A stretch of 64,000 bases of DNA from Candidatus Zixiibacteriota bacterium. GTDB lineage: Bacteria; Zixibacteria; MSB-5A5; GN15; FEB-12. Of this stretch, positions 12,302-21,630 are shown piece after piece. The notes beneath the pieces were generated by a model. The model was not told the origin of the DNA. It saw nothing but the letters and a program-made list of their open reading frames with translations, and made no database searches. Made by a program: the position numbers and the translations under genes. Position 1 is the stretch's first letter. Each line of letters opens with the position of its first letter. The stretch is from the NCBI GenBank assembly GCA_035380245.1, contig DAOSXA010000004.1, positions 13,421-77,420 on the forward strand, read 5' to 3'.

Positions 12302-13297
12302 CTACAAACCCATCCAAAGAGTATCGGATTTTCCGTTGGGCGCCGCGATCAGACCGACTACCCCCGGCTCATTCGGCCTCATGGCTCGTCCCCAGGCAAC
12401 CGTAATCGGAAATCCGGTTCCCATGCCCGGTCTCTCCTGCAATCCCACCGGTGTCGGCATATCGCTCTCAACGGCGCTGTTGCAAAGAGCGGTCATCTCA
12501 CCGATATCGAGCGTTGAATCTTTTGCTATAACAAAGAACTCAAAACGAGTCCAGATCGAATCAAGAGGATAAATCGCCGTTGCCTGTAATTCCACCGGTA
12601 TTCTCGAAAATTCACCGATCGGTGAGGCTTCGTAGGCCGGATAATAACCCATCCAGGCCAACAGCGCCTGGTTCACCGGCTCCAGCGACTGCAAACGCAC
12701 TGTCGAAGGCTCCTTGTCGAGGAGTGCTTTCAGATATTTGTCGGTCAGGTATTCCCGGCCGAACCGCTGCTGTAGTTCGTTACCGAACAGGAAATAACGC
12801 ACGACGCGGCAGGCTTCATCGAGATCCTCGAAATCCCGCACCACCTGATCAATCGCCGCCATTGCTGCCATCCCTTCGCTCCAGGTATCGAACAATCGAC
12901 TTATCTCACTCAACTTGTCGTCGTCCGGATCCGCAAAAGCAGCCAGACGGTAATATCCCGCCGCTTGCAGATAAAACTGAATACCCCGAGCGGAAAGCCG
13001 CTCCGCCTTGTCTTCGAACCGACGGCCGACCTGCCTTATCACCCGATGCCATTTTTCGTTCTCCAACAGATCCGGATGCACCATGTACAGATCAGCAAAG
13101 TTGTCCACGATCAGATCGTACATCACGAGTTGGCCGTCCTCGATCTTCTGCAGCAACTCAATCGCTCGGTCGGGGAATCCGTCCGGATTAGCCACCAGAT
13201 CATAGGGCGGTTGGTCGATCTCAGATTTGGAATCGTTGGAACAACCGATAAAAACTGCCAGACAGGCAACCGCTAAAAATAAAAGAAAGGATCGCAT
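12302..13297 (-). CDS. Hypothetical lipoprotein
   Basis: Signal peptide with lipobox MRSFLLFLAVACLAVFIGC. I recognise no family. Confidence 0.6.
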   Translation of the reverse strand: MRSFLLFLAVACLAVFIGCSNDSKSEIDQPPYDLVANPDGFPDRAIELLQKIEDGQLVMYDLIVDNFADLYMVHPDLLENEKWHRVIRQVGRRFEDKAERLSARGIQFYLQAAGYYRLAAFADPDDDKLSEISRLFDTWSEGMAAMAAIDQVVRDFEDLDEACRVVRYFLFGNELQQRFGREYLTDKYLKALLDKEPSTVRLQSLEPVNQALLAWMGYYPAYEASPIGEFSRIPVELQATAIYPLDSIWTRFEFFVIAKDSTLDIGEMTALCNSAVESDMPTPVGLQERPGMGTGFPITVAWGRAMRPNEPGVVGLIAAPNGKSDTLWMGL

Positions 13298-13390
13298 ATA
13301 TATTCCTCGTTCGGATATTCCATCAAGTTGTCGACCTCAACCACGGCCGGTGAATCCATATAAGATAATACAAAGCAGTCGATTTGGGGA

Positions 13391-14026
13391 TCAGAAAAGA
13401 TATCGAAATGAGCCGACCCAGTCCTCAATCAGGAACTGCACCCGCCCGATCAGCAGCGAAACACGACCCATTACGGTATAGCCGAAATGAGCACCGAAAG
13501 AGATCATGATAAACCAGATGCCGACTTTTGCCGTCACCCCCAGGGCGCCGGTGTGCTCCTTGGAGAAATAGAAGTAGATCAGGGTGGAGATGACACCAAC
13601 CACCACGATAATCGCCAGCATCGCCGCTCCGAATCCACCACCGCCGCCAAGAGGCATCATCGTTGCCCGCATCTGCGGCAAGACTAATCCATGAAGTTGC
13701 GAAGTCAGGAAGATTCCCGAAGTCACTCCCATCACGAACGCCAGCGAGGTCCTTGCAATCCAGGTATAGTTTTTGGTAAAGCGGGCAAACATCAGAAAAC
13801 CCAAAATCCCCGGAATGATCAGGGTCCATTTGCCGCCGATCATCGGAACCCAAAGCTGTTGCACGATTACCGTATCCCAGATCAAACCGACATAATACCC
13901 GGCCGAAAGCCCGGCGAATATATGCTCGGCGATCTTGTAGAACGGATTATCCTTATACATGAAACTGAACAGAGCCAGCGTCACGAAGGCTATCACCCAG
14001 ATTTCGAAAATCTCCCAGCCGTTCAT
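13391..14026 (-). CDS. Uncharacterised polytopic membrane protein (about 6 TM, 211 aa), gene 4 of the four-gene operon
   Basis: I prefer the start MNGWEIFEIWVIAF..., whose ATG forms an ATGA overlap with the upstream stop. The listed longer ORF (to 14308) would overlap the upstream gene by 280 nt. Confidence 0.65.
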   Translation of the reverse strand: MNGWEIFEIWVIAFVTLALFSFMYKDNPFYKIAEHIFAGLSAGYYVGLIWDTVIVQQLWVPMIGGKWTLIIPGILGFLMFARFTKNYTWIARTSLAFVMGVTSGIFLTSQLHGLVLPQMRATMMPLGGGGGFGAAMLAIIVVVGVISTLIYFYFSKEHTGALGVTAKVGIWFIMISFGAHFGYTVMGRVSLLIGRVQFLIEDWVGSFRYLF

Positions 14027-14859
14027 GCGCCAATCCTCCGCTTGTGGCGTCCCGACAGGAAGAAACCCAGATTGCCCAGAATCACCAGACCGATAATCAA
14101 CAGGTGCACCAGTGACTGTGCTCCCATACCGATCACGGCCGAGCCGCGCTTTTCGACCAACTGCTCGTATTCGGCCGCACCCTTCATTCCGCCCAGCAGT
14201 CCCACGAACTGCCCCGCTCCAACGAAGGCGTAGTATTTCGGCGCCGAAACAGCCGTCGTACCGCAGCCGATCGGCACCCCGTACTGGGCATTGACGATTG
14301 ACACCCAATAGTCGGCGGTGGCGTTGTCGGCCACTTCCATAATGAACGAAATCTGCTCGTAGTTAACGATCGAATCCATCATCGGCAGTTCCGCCAGCAG
14401 TGTCCCGCTGTTGTCGGTCGGAAAGATCGACTCTATCGAGATCCCCATCCCGGATAACACCGCCACATAATTGGCCTTGTATCCGAGATTGACAAAATCT
14501 TCACCATAGATTTTGTCGTATTCCGGAGCGATTTCGCGGGTTACGGTCTCGGCCATCGACGGTCCCCCCAGGGGTATATTCGACAGCGTAATGACCTTGA
14601 TATCTTTGCGCCAGAAATGATGCAGGGCTGCGCGGGTCATCGGTTCACATTCGGCGATAGTCGACGGATAATAATCGAACACACACATCACGGTGCAGGA
14701 ATCCGGCAGTGCCTCGATAGCGTCAAAAAGCATCTGCGCTTCGGGCGTGGTGTTGATCGGGAAATCAGCCGGGAAGATAAACGGAATGATCACCGCCAGT
14801 CCCACCATCAGGTAGACCCAGCGCCGATCCATCTTCTCCATACGTTCCCAGAACGTCAT
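14023..14859 (-). CDS. Uncharacterised bitopic membrane protein (TM, soluble domain of about 220 aa, TM), gene 3 of the operon
   Basis: I prefer the start MTFWERMEKMDRRWVYLMVGLAVIIPF, 4 nt after the upstream stop. C-terminal TM is LVHLLIIGLVILGNLGFFL. Confidence 0.65.
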   Translation of the reverse strand: MTFWERMEKMDRRWVYLMVGLAVIIPFIFPADFPINTTPEAQMLFDAIEALPDSCTVMCVFDYYPSTIAECEPMTRAALHHFWRKDIKVITLSNIPLGGPSMAETVTREIAPEYDKIYGEDFVNLGYKANYVAVLSGMGISIESIFPTDNSGTLLAELPMMDSIVNYEQISFIMEVADNATADYWVSIVNAQYGVPIGCGTTAVSAPKYYAFVGAGQFVGLLGGMKGAAEYEQLVEKRGSAVIGMGAQSLVHLLIIGLVILGNLGFFLSGRHKRRIGA

Positions 14860-14863
14860 GCGA

Positions 14864-15541
14864 TCAGCCCTTCCCCATGTAAGTACGCTCGATGCCAAGG
14901 ATGATGCGAAGCGACATTGAAGCCGCGCCCAGCGCCGCGCCGATAATGATACCGCGCTGCACCGCCAGGTTGGCGCCGTTCATGATGTAAGTATTCAGGA
15001 AGTTCGGGATATCCCCCGGGAAGAGATTCAGAAACGCTTCGCCCATGGGAACCCGCCAGAGCATAACCACCGTAGCGGTCAGCAGCAGGATAGTTGATTC
15101 CGCGGTACGCGCCCGGAAAGCACGATAAGCGGCCGAGGCGATATAAAAAGCCAGGGTGGCGAACATGGTCGCCATCATCGGGGAATCGAGATTGAGAAAG
15201 AGCCAGTCATAGATCGAACCGGAACCACGTCCGAACAGAGAAGCCCAGCTTTCGGGCGCCCACTTGGCCGGCCAAACGGCCGGAATCGCCATGGCAAAAA
15301 TCGAGATCAGCGTCAGTACGCGGTAACCCCAGCCCTCACGACGCGATCGCACCGCCGACCAGTTGACCCGCGTGATCGAGACTACTCCCAACAGCAGAGT
15401 GAAACCGCCGACAATCGTCAGCCAGACAGTTAACTCCTGCGAGATGTCACCGATGAACGTCCCCTCACGGAAAAAAAACGAAATCACCAGCGCCAGACCG
15501 GCGATAAACGCTACTGCTACGGGAACGGTGGTCTTGAGCAT
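14864..15541 (-). CDS. Uncharacterised polytopic membrane protein (225 aa), gene 2 of the operon
   Basis: MLKTTVPVAVAFIAGLALVISFFF... with multiple hydrophobic spans. It starts 12 nt after the upstream stop. Confidence 0.65.
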   Translation of the reverse strand: MLKTTVPVAVAFIAGLALVISFFFREGTFIGDISQELTVWLTIVGGFTLLLGVVSITRVNWSAVRSRREGWGYRVLTLISIFAMAIPAVWPAKWAPESWASLFGRGSGSIYDWLFLNLDSPMMATMFATLAFYIASAAYRAFRARTAESTILLLTATVVMLWRVPMGEAFLNLFPGDIPNFLNTYIMNGANLAVQRGIIIGAALGAASMSLRIILGIERTYMGKG

Positions 15542-15553
15542 AAATCAGTATCC

Positions 15554-16441
15554 CTAAACGACCTTAAACCAGCCGGTGAAGAAATCTCCGTATCCGAAAG
15601 TTACCAGAATCACCCCGATAATGATCATAATGGCGATCAGCATTTTGACAAAATCCTGTCCCTTAAGCCCGCCCAGCATGATCGGCTCCTTGGACAGATA
15701 AGCGGAGGCGGCGTAAAGCTCCTCCCCCATCAGGGTGTAGTCACAGGCGGCAATGAAAAACGGCAATTGCTCCGGACGAGCGGTCCCGGCAATCTGAATC
15801 GATCCGGCCGCATTGCCGGTCTCGGCCAGAAGCAGCGACTCGGCAAAAAACGCTCCCATGTAGATATTGGTAGCCGGTCGCTCACGCATCATATATCCGT
15901 TGACGTTGGCCGTGAAAGCGAACTGCTCACCCGCCACGTAACGAACCATATCCTTGTCGAAGGCGTCCTTTTTCCCCTGTTCGATATAGGCTTGCTCGAC
16001 CACTTCCTGCCCTGCCGCCAACACCAGCGGATAACGCACCGGAACCATCAACGGCGTCTCGTACTGAGCCGTGATTCTGGCCACTCGTCCGAGAATGGAA
16101 ATCCCGGCAATCGTCTCGATTTCATCAAGCTCGGAAATGCCCGGGATAAACAACACCGGTCGGCCCATTTCGGTCGCTCGACCGACTGCTTCCTCAACTG
16201 CCTCCAGTCCCGGGATTTTACGCAGGAACAGGGTTTTACCCTGCCGAGCCCAGCGGGTATAAAGAAGCACGGCGCTGGAGAATATCAACACCAGCACCAT
16301 TGCGTTAATGCGATCGAATCGAAATACCGACGGAGCAGCCTGTTCCGCCTGCGCCCAAACGGAACTATAAGAAAAGACGATCAGCCCTGTGGACAGCAGT
16401 CGAAAGGCTGGTCGTTTGAGTTTGTCGATGCTCTTGATCAC
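15554..16441 (-). CDS. Uncharacterised membrane protein (N-terminal hydrophobic or signal segment, TM, soluble domain of about 230 aa, C-terminal TM), gene 1 of the operon
   Basis: Favoured start is GTG at 16441 (VIKSIDKLKRPAFRLLSTGLIVFSYSSVWAQA). Alternatives are ATG at 16510 or the listed 16570. The start is uncertain. Confidence 0.55.
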   Translation of the reverse strand: MIKSIDKLKRPAFRLLSTGLIVFSYSSVWAQAEQAAPSVFRFDRINAMVLVLIFSSAVLLYTRWARQGKTLFLRKIPGLEAVEEAVGRATEMGRPVLFIPGISELDEIETIAGISILGRVARITAQYETPLMVPVRYPLVLAAGQEVVEQAYIEQGKKDAFDKDMVRYVAGEQFAFTANVNGYMMRERPATNIYMGAFFAESLLLAETGNAAGSIQIAGTARPEQLPFFIAACDYTLMGEELYAASAYLSKEPIMLGGLKGQDFVKMLIAIMIIIGVILVTFGYGDFFTGWFKVV

Positions 16442-16446
16442 GCGGC

Positions 16447-16474
16447 AATATACTCTCTGAGGCCTCAAAGTCAA
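16447..16474 (-). promoter_or_regulatory. Sigma70-like promoter for the four-gene membrane operon
   Basis: Minus strand reads TTGACT (16474-16469), 16-nt spacer, TATATT (16452-16447). Only 5 nt separate the -10 from the GTG at 16441, which implies a leaderless transcript if that start is used. Confidence 0.45.
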
Positions 16475-16603
16475 CGTCTTTGGTAGGTCGAGGTCCGGCG
16501 TCCGGGGCATGTCAAGGTGCCGGTACGCCCGGCTGTCCACGAAACCCTTACTATGTTGCGGGCGACACAAGGCCGTCCGCTACGCGGAGATTGGGACGCG
16601 TTG

Positions 16604-16628
16604 TCGCGTAGCGGCGGGGCTTGTCTCC
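16604..16628. repeat. Short interspersed repeat, copy 1 (cgcgtaGcggcggggcttgtctcc)
   Basis: Near-identical 23-24 nt string also at 25803-25828. It includes a GTAG/GTAA head. Confidence 0.6.
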
Positions 16629-16704
16629 GACGTACCGGGATGAATCGATGCTCCCCCGGCAACAACCGTTCAAAGGACGGACCAACCTCTCAATCGTTTA
16701 GTCG

Positions 16705-16748
16705 CGAAAAAACCAAAGAAAAGGGCAGGTCCGAAGACCTGCCCTTTG
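16705..16748 (-). terminator. Rho-independent terminator of the giant T9SS-cargo gene
   Basis: Minus strand: aagggcaggtc-ttcg-gacctgccctt followed by tttctttggtttttt. Confidence 0.8.
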
Positions 16749-16770
16749 GAGTATTCTCTGTTAAGAGAAG

Positions 16771-19700
16771 TTACTTCATCAGAATCATCTTCCGCGTCTG
16801 GTTGTCGTTACCGGCATTGATGCGGTAGAAGTAAACACCCGAAGTAACCAGGTTGCCGTTCTCATCGGCGCCGTTCCATTCAACCTCATGGGTGCCGGCG
16901 GAGAAGACGCCGTCAGCCAGGGTGATAACCTTCTGGCCCATGATGTTGAACACGCTCAGTTCGACCTGACCGGCAGTGGTCAGGGTGAAGCTGATCGACG
17001 TGGTCGGGTTGAACGGGTTCGGGTAGTTCTGAGCGAGCGTGAAGCCGCCCGGAATCGGAGCACCACTGGTCAGGCTGGACAGAGCCACCCGGGCGCCGCC
17101 GCCGATGTAGGTGATCTCTTCTTCAACGGACGTGCCGTTGACCTTAATCGTCAACTGGTCGTCGCTCTGCGGATAGGACTCGAAGTCGACGTCATAGCCG
17201 TAGACCGGAGTAAACTTCAGCAAACCGCCGGAGTAGACACCGGAACCGCAGAGGATACCGTCCTCGGTGAAGACCTCGATCTTCGAACCGTTGGCCAGTT
17301 CCGCGCCATCGAGCTTGATCCCCGCACCGTAGACGTTCATCCAGTCACGGGAAGCAGTGATTTCACGGTCGGCCGAGGCCAGCGAAGTGACATTGCTCTT
17401 CACGGGCATAGGAGCATCGTCATAATAGAGCATGTCGGCCGTTGAGGACTTGACCCAGTAACCGAAGGTCGGATACAGATCGGTCAGGGTATTATGAAGC
17501 GGGTCGCCCGGGACATAATCCATAGCGCCGCCGTCATAGCCGTATGTCACCAGCAGATTCTCCATGATCGAGGCGAAACCGTCTTCGACCGGCATGGAGT
17601 AATCGGGCCAGTAGCTGACCAGGTTCCAGCCGCTGTAGATCTGGATGTAGTCGTTGGGGCTGATTACGCCGCCACAGATTTCGAAAGTGATCGGGCAGCT
17701 CAGACGGAACCAATAGCCATGGTAGAAATCGACATCTTCGAGAGTCGAGAACTGCGGCAGGCTCGGATCATAAGTGAGACCGTCCTGATCGAAGCTCAGG
17801 ATCACGTCGATGCATCCGGCGTAATCACTGATGAAGCTCTCGATGTCGCTACTGAAGGCCACATTCCAGGAAATCAGATTCCAACCCTCGGACAGTTCGT
17901 ACGTAACGCAGCTTTCGGCCACGAAATCACAAACCTGGTAGACATCACCGTTCTCGGTCCAGGTGATCGTCGGGTCGGTGGCAACCACTACCTCGTTGAC
18001 GGAGAAAGTGATCACGTCGCCTTCGACGGCGCCTTCATCCACATCGAGCGTATACATATCGTCGTGGTAAATGTTCATCATTCCGAACGAGCCGTCTTCT
18101 TTCACCACGGCCTTACCACACAGCACGCCGTCCGGATCGTAAGCCTTGATAATGTCGCCCGATACCATCGGCACGCCCTCGAGCATCGGCTCGTTGCAGT
18201 ACGCGACGATCCAGGCATCGGTCGGCATCACGACCTCGTTATCGAGGACGTAAATGGTCATGTAATATGTGTTGGTGCGATTGCACACATCGGTAACGGT
18301 CAGGGTTACGGTGTATTCACCGTATGCCTCGAAGGTGTACAGCGGCTCGAAGTCGCTCGAAGTTCCACCGTCGCCGAAATCCCAGGCATAAGTGAGATCG
18401 CTGCCAGTCGAGGTATTCGTGAAGACCGGGCTGAACGGCATCATACCGGTGTCGGTGTCAACCAGGAATTCGGCCAACGGGGCCGGCGTATAGTCGATCA
18501 CGAAGCTCTGAGTCTCAGAGACCTCATGACAACCGTTAGCGGCCGTAATGGTCGCGATATAGGTACCGGCAGTGTCCGGCGTGAAGCAGAGCTGGCCGTC
18601 GGTCCAGGTGAAACCGTCACTGACAGTCACGCTGGTGGCGTTTTCAACCGAAACACCGAGGCAAACTTCCTCAGCGGAGCACAGCGTGACGGAAACGGGA
18701 TCGGTTACACCGATAATCGGTTCTGCCATGAGACTGATATTGAAGGCCACGTCGCAGGTGACATCGCCGCAGATATTGGTCGCCGTAACAGTAACCGTGG
18801 TTTCACCCGCAACTTCCGGAGTGAAGCACAACATGCCGCCGTCCCAGGCACCCACCGAAGTGGTAACTTCATCGGCGCCGGTGATCGTCAGCTCGATACA
18901 AACCTCGCCAAGCTCACAAAGCTCGACATTGACCGGCTCGGCCGGGCAATTGATCACAGCCATCGGGCATTCCTGAGCCGTGATGGTGAACTGACAGGTG
19001 TCGTTGCCGCAGTCGTTGCCGATGATCAACGTAATCGGATACTCGCCCGCAGTCGGAGCGGTATAGCAGAATTCATCGGTCTCTTTATTGAACCGGGCCG
19101 TGAGGCCGTCGGTTCCAACGATAACTTCACTATAGCTGTAGCCGAAGACGCTTTCGATCGTCACCGGCAGACAAACCTCATCTTCGCTGAGGTAGGTCGA
19201 GAAATTATCGAGGCACGTAACGACAGGGACATCGCCCATGGTAACCTCGACCGTGATACCATCACAGGAGGCATTGCCGCAGTCGGAACTGGCCGCAACG
19301 TTGAAAACGTATGTACCGGAAACTTCGGGAGTAAAGCACAGCGAGTTGTTCTCCCAGGTGCCGGCCACATCACCGGTCACCGTGACATCGGTCGCACCGG
19401 TAATTTCAAGCGGAATGCATGCCGTCACATCATCAGCACACAGAGCGACTGAGAACGGCTCGGTCGGGCAAACGATCTCGGGCGCGCCGCCCACGGACAC
19501 TACGACCGTGAACTCACAGGTGGTCTGGCCGCAGTCGTTGTCGGCAGTCACCGTAACCGGGTAGCTACCGGCTTCAGCGGGCGTGAACGAGAAAACGCCA
19601 TCAGCCCAGGCGCCCACGCTGGTTAACACCGAAGTGGCGCCCTCAATCGGAACACTAACATCGACCTGACCCAATTCACAGAGGAACACCTCAACCGTGC

Positions 19701-21105
19701 TTGGATCCGGGCAGGTTATGACCGGCGGTTCGGCAATCGTAACGTTGACCGTTATGATGCATCCATCGGAACCGCAGTCGCCGGTGGCCGTAACATCAAA
19801 GACGTATGAACCGCTCGTATCGGCCGCAAAACAAAGCTTATCGTCAGCCCAGGTAGCGCCGTCAACCGTCACATCGGAAGCATCGGTAATAACGAGATCG
19901 ACACATACATCCTGCGCACCGCAAATGGTAACTTCAGCCGCTTCTTCGGGGCAAATGACCTGCGGCGTCGGGTTGACGGTGAACTTAACCGCAACCGACT
20001 GAGGTGAGTTGGGGGCATCGGCCAGCACATTGATGGCGGTGGTGTAGACACCCGCCATGAGACTGCCGGCACTAACCGTTACGTTGACGGTCCCCTCGGT
20101 GGTGCCGCTGGTCGGATCAACGGTCAACCAGTCAGCATTCTCGCTAACGGTGAAATCGAGCGGGCAGGCATCGGAACGGACGGTGAAGTAATTAGCCTCA
20201 GGGGTATCTCCCTCACAGGCTTCGAAGAACAGCGTATCGATGCTCATGACCAGGTTGGCCGCCGGAGCTGCATTCAGCGTAAAAGCATCCGCCAGGGTCA
20301 ACGAGACTTCGCCGTACGAAACGTTCAGATCGTACAAACCGGCGGCGGAACCGCACGGGAAATTGAACAGAACACTCAACTGCGTGTCACTTGACGCAAT
20401 AACCGAAGTAGCCGTAAACACGCCACCCAGGTTAACTACCGGGGTTTCAGAGAGAAAAGCCGTATTCTCACCGACGATCGTGAAAGTCTGACCCGTCAAA
20501 CCCTCGGTTGAACTGTTCGGAGTGATACTGACCAGAGAAGCCTCAACCGGCTTGCTGTCGATGTAATAGCAGTGCGGACCGTCCCAGGTCGGGAAAACAT
20601 CCGTTGAGACCGCGGCCCATTTCCAAATACCCGACGGCGGATACCAGGCCGAGTCCAAACAGACCGTCTTGCCTGCATCGGAAGCATTCAGAGGACCGAT
20701 ACCGATAGTGGCATAGACAACATCGGTTCCGGCCGGAACGCCCGAACCAAACATCTTGAAACCACCGATACCAACCGTATCGGCGCCGGCGCCGTCGGAA
20801 TTATTCGTAAAGAAGACGCCGCCGTCAAAGTAGTTACGTCCGATCGCACCGGTCGTATCGACCGATACCGAATTCCAGGTGGCTCCATCCTCGGAATAAA
20901 TGCGATATCCATTGGTGATACCGGCCAGGACATCGGAGCCGTTGGTGAATCTCAGGTAGAATGTGATATCGGTACCGGAAAGCAGAACTTCATCATCAAC
21001 GGTACTGACACCATCGACCGATTCAAGTGAGATGCTCTGAGCGTTGACTAATCCAACACTACAGAAGAGCATCATGGCAAGAATGAAGAGAGTCCTAAAC
21101 CTCAT
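16771..21105 (-). CDS. Giant secreted protein (about 1444 aa): signal peptide, Ig-like regions, six Cys-rich repeats of about 80 aa, a PKD domain, and a T9SS type-A C-terminal sorting domain
   Basis: I prefer the start [23 protein letters not shown], with a GGAGG 8 nt upstream. PKD signature is [11 protein letters not shown]...YTVTLTVTD. The C-terminus is [17 protein letters not shown]...SGVYFYRI.... Confidence 0.85.
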   Translation of the reverse strand: MRFRTLFILAMMLFCSVGLVNAQSISLESVDGVSTVDDEVLLSGTDITFYLRFTNGSDVLAGITNGYRIYSEDGATWNSVSVDTTGAIGRNYFDGGVFFTNNSDGAGADTVGIGGFKMFGSGVPAGTDVVYATIGIGPLNASDAGKTVCLDSAWYPPSGIWKWAAVSTDVFPTWDGPHCYYIDSKPVEASLVSITPNSSTEGLTGQTFTIVGENTAFLSETPVVNLGGVFTATSVIASSDTQLSVLFNFPCGSAAGLYDLNVSYGEVSLTLADAFTLNAAPAANLVMSIDTLFFEACEGDTPEANYFTVRSDACPLDFTVSENADWLTVDPTSGTTEGTVNVTVSAGSLMAGVYTTAINVLADAPNSPQSVAVKFTVNPTPQVICPEEAAEVTICGAQDVCVDLVITDASDVTVDGATWADDKLCFAADTSGSYVFDVTATGDCGSDGCIITVNVTIAEPPVITCPDPSTVEVFLCELGQVDVSVPIEGATSVLTSVGAWADGVFSFTPAEAGSYPVTVTADNDCGQTTCEFTVVVSVGGAPEIVCPTEPFSVALCADDVTACIPLEITGATDVTVTGDVAGTWENNSLCFTPEVSGTYVFNVAASSDCGNASCDGITVEVTMGDVPVVTCLDNFSTYLSEDEVCLPVTIESVFGYSYSEVIVGTDGLTARFNKETDEFCYTAPTAGEYPITLIIGNDCGNDTCQFTITAQECPMAVINCPAEPVNVELCELGEVCIELTITGADEVTTSVGAWDGGMLCFTPEVAGETTVTVTATNICGDVTCDVAFNISLMAEPIIGVTDPVSVTLCSAEEVCLGVSVENATSVTVSDGFTWTDGQLCFTPDTAGTYIATITAANGCHEVSETQSFVIDYTPAPLAEFLVDTDTGMMPFSPVFTNTSTGSDLTYAWDFGDGGTSSDFEPLYTFEAYGEYTVTLTVTDVCNRTNTYYMTIYVLDNEVVMPTDAWIVAYCNEPMLEGVPMVSGDIIKAYDPDGVLCGKAVVKEDGSFGMMNIYHDDMYTLDVDEGAVEGDVITFSVNEVVVATDPTITWTENGDVYQVCDFVAESCVTYELSEGWNLISWNVAFSSDIESFISDYAGCIDVILSFDQDGLTYDPSLPQFSTLEDVDFYHGYWFRLSCPITFEICGGVISPNDYIQIYSGWNLVSYWPDYSMPVEDGFASIMENLLVTYGYDGGAMDYVPGDPLHNTLTDLYPTFGYWVKSSTADMLYYDDAPMPVKSNVTSLASADREITASRDWMNVYGAGIKLDGAELANGSKIEVFTEDGILCGSGVYSGGLLKFTPVYGYDVDFESYPQSDDQLTIKVNGTSVEEEITYIGGGARVALSSLTSGAPIPGGFTLAQNYPNPFNPTTSISFTLTTAGQVELSVFNIMGQKVITLADGVFSAGTHEVEWNGADENGNLVTSGVYFYRINAGNDNQTRKMILMK

Positions 21106-21630
21106 TCTCGTGACCTCCATAGTTACTAAGTGTTAATGATGTAATTTTTCTCGACACATATAAAACGGGATGGACATACCACATCCCGAGCAGTCTCACT
21201 GCCTGTTTATTCTTAGAATGAATCGTCGCTTTTTCAGTCGCCAAGGTCTAGCTTCCTCAATACAAAAAAACCAGGAACGCAACCTCTACCCGTACCAGAC
21301 CGGCAATGTTAGACCAGAAAAAGCGTTTGGTTTATCCAACTCTTTTTCTAAACCAGTTTGTTAGACCATGAGAAGTAAGTTGTAGATACCCCCCCTTAGA
21401 AGGATATCAGTTCAACTATACACGCCGTCAATATACCCGTTTATGGCCTATTGTCAAGGCTTTAGAGCCATTTCAGATTTCCCTGTAGCCTCCGGAGAGC
21501 TTTTCCACTCACAAATTGCCGGGAACCCCTTTGATCCTGCATGTTAAGCAATTGAAAAACAACAAGAAAACTATAGGATGAATCCCTGTGCAGCCTTTCA
21601 GCAGATTTTGCGCCTTGGTTACAGCCTCCC

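Noticed and set aside
14027-14308. N-terminal extension of the listed 305-aa ORF 13391..14308
   Set aside because: The extension would overlap the 3' end of the upstream operon gene by about 280 nt and is Arg/Gly-rich. The internal ATG at 14026 gives an ATGA stop-start overlap and a clean TM protein.
17494-19452. 652-aa ORF on the plus strand inside the giant T9SS-cargo gene
   Set aside because: It is antisense to a gene with clear domain content (PKD, repeats, CTD). Its translation is Arg/Gly/His-rich with no recognisable motifs. This is a typical shadow ORF in GC-rich repetitive coding DNA.
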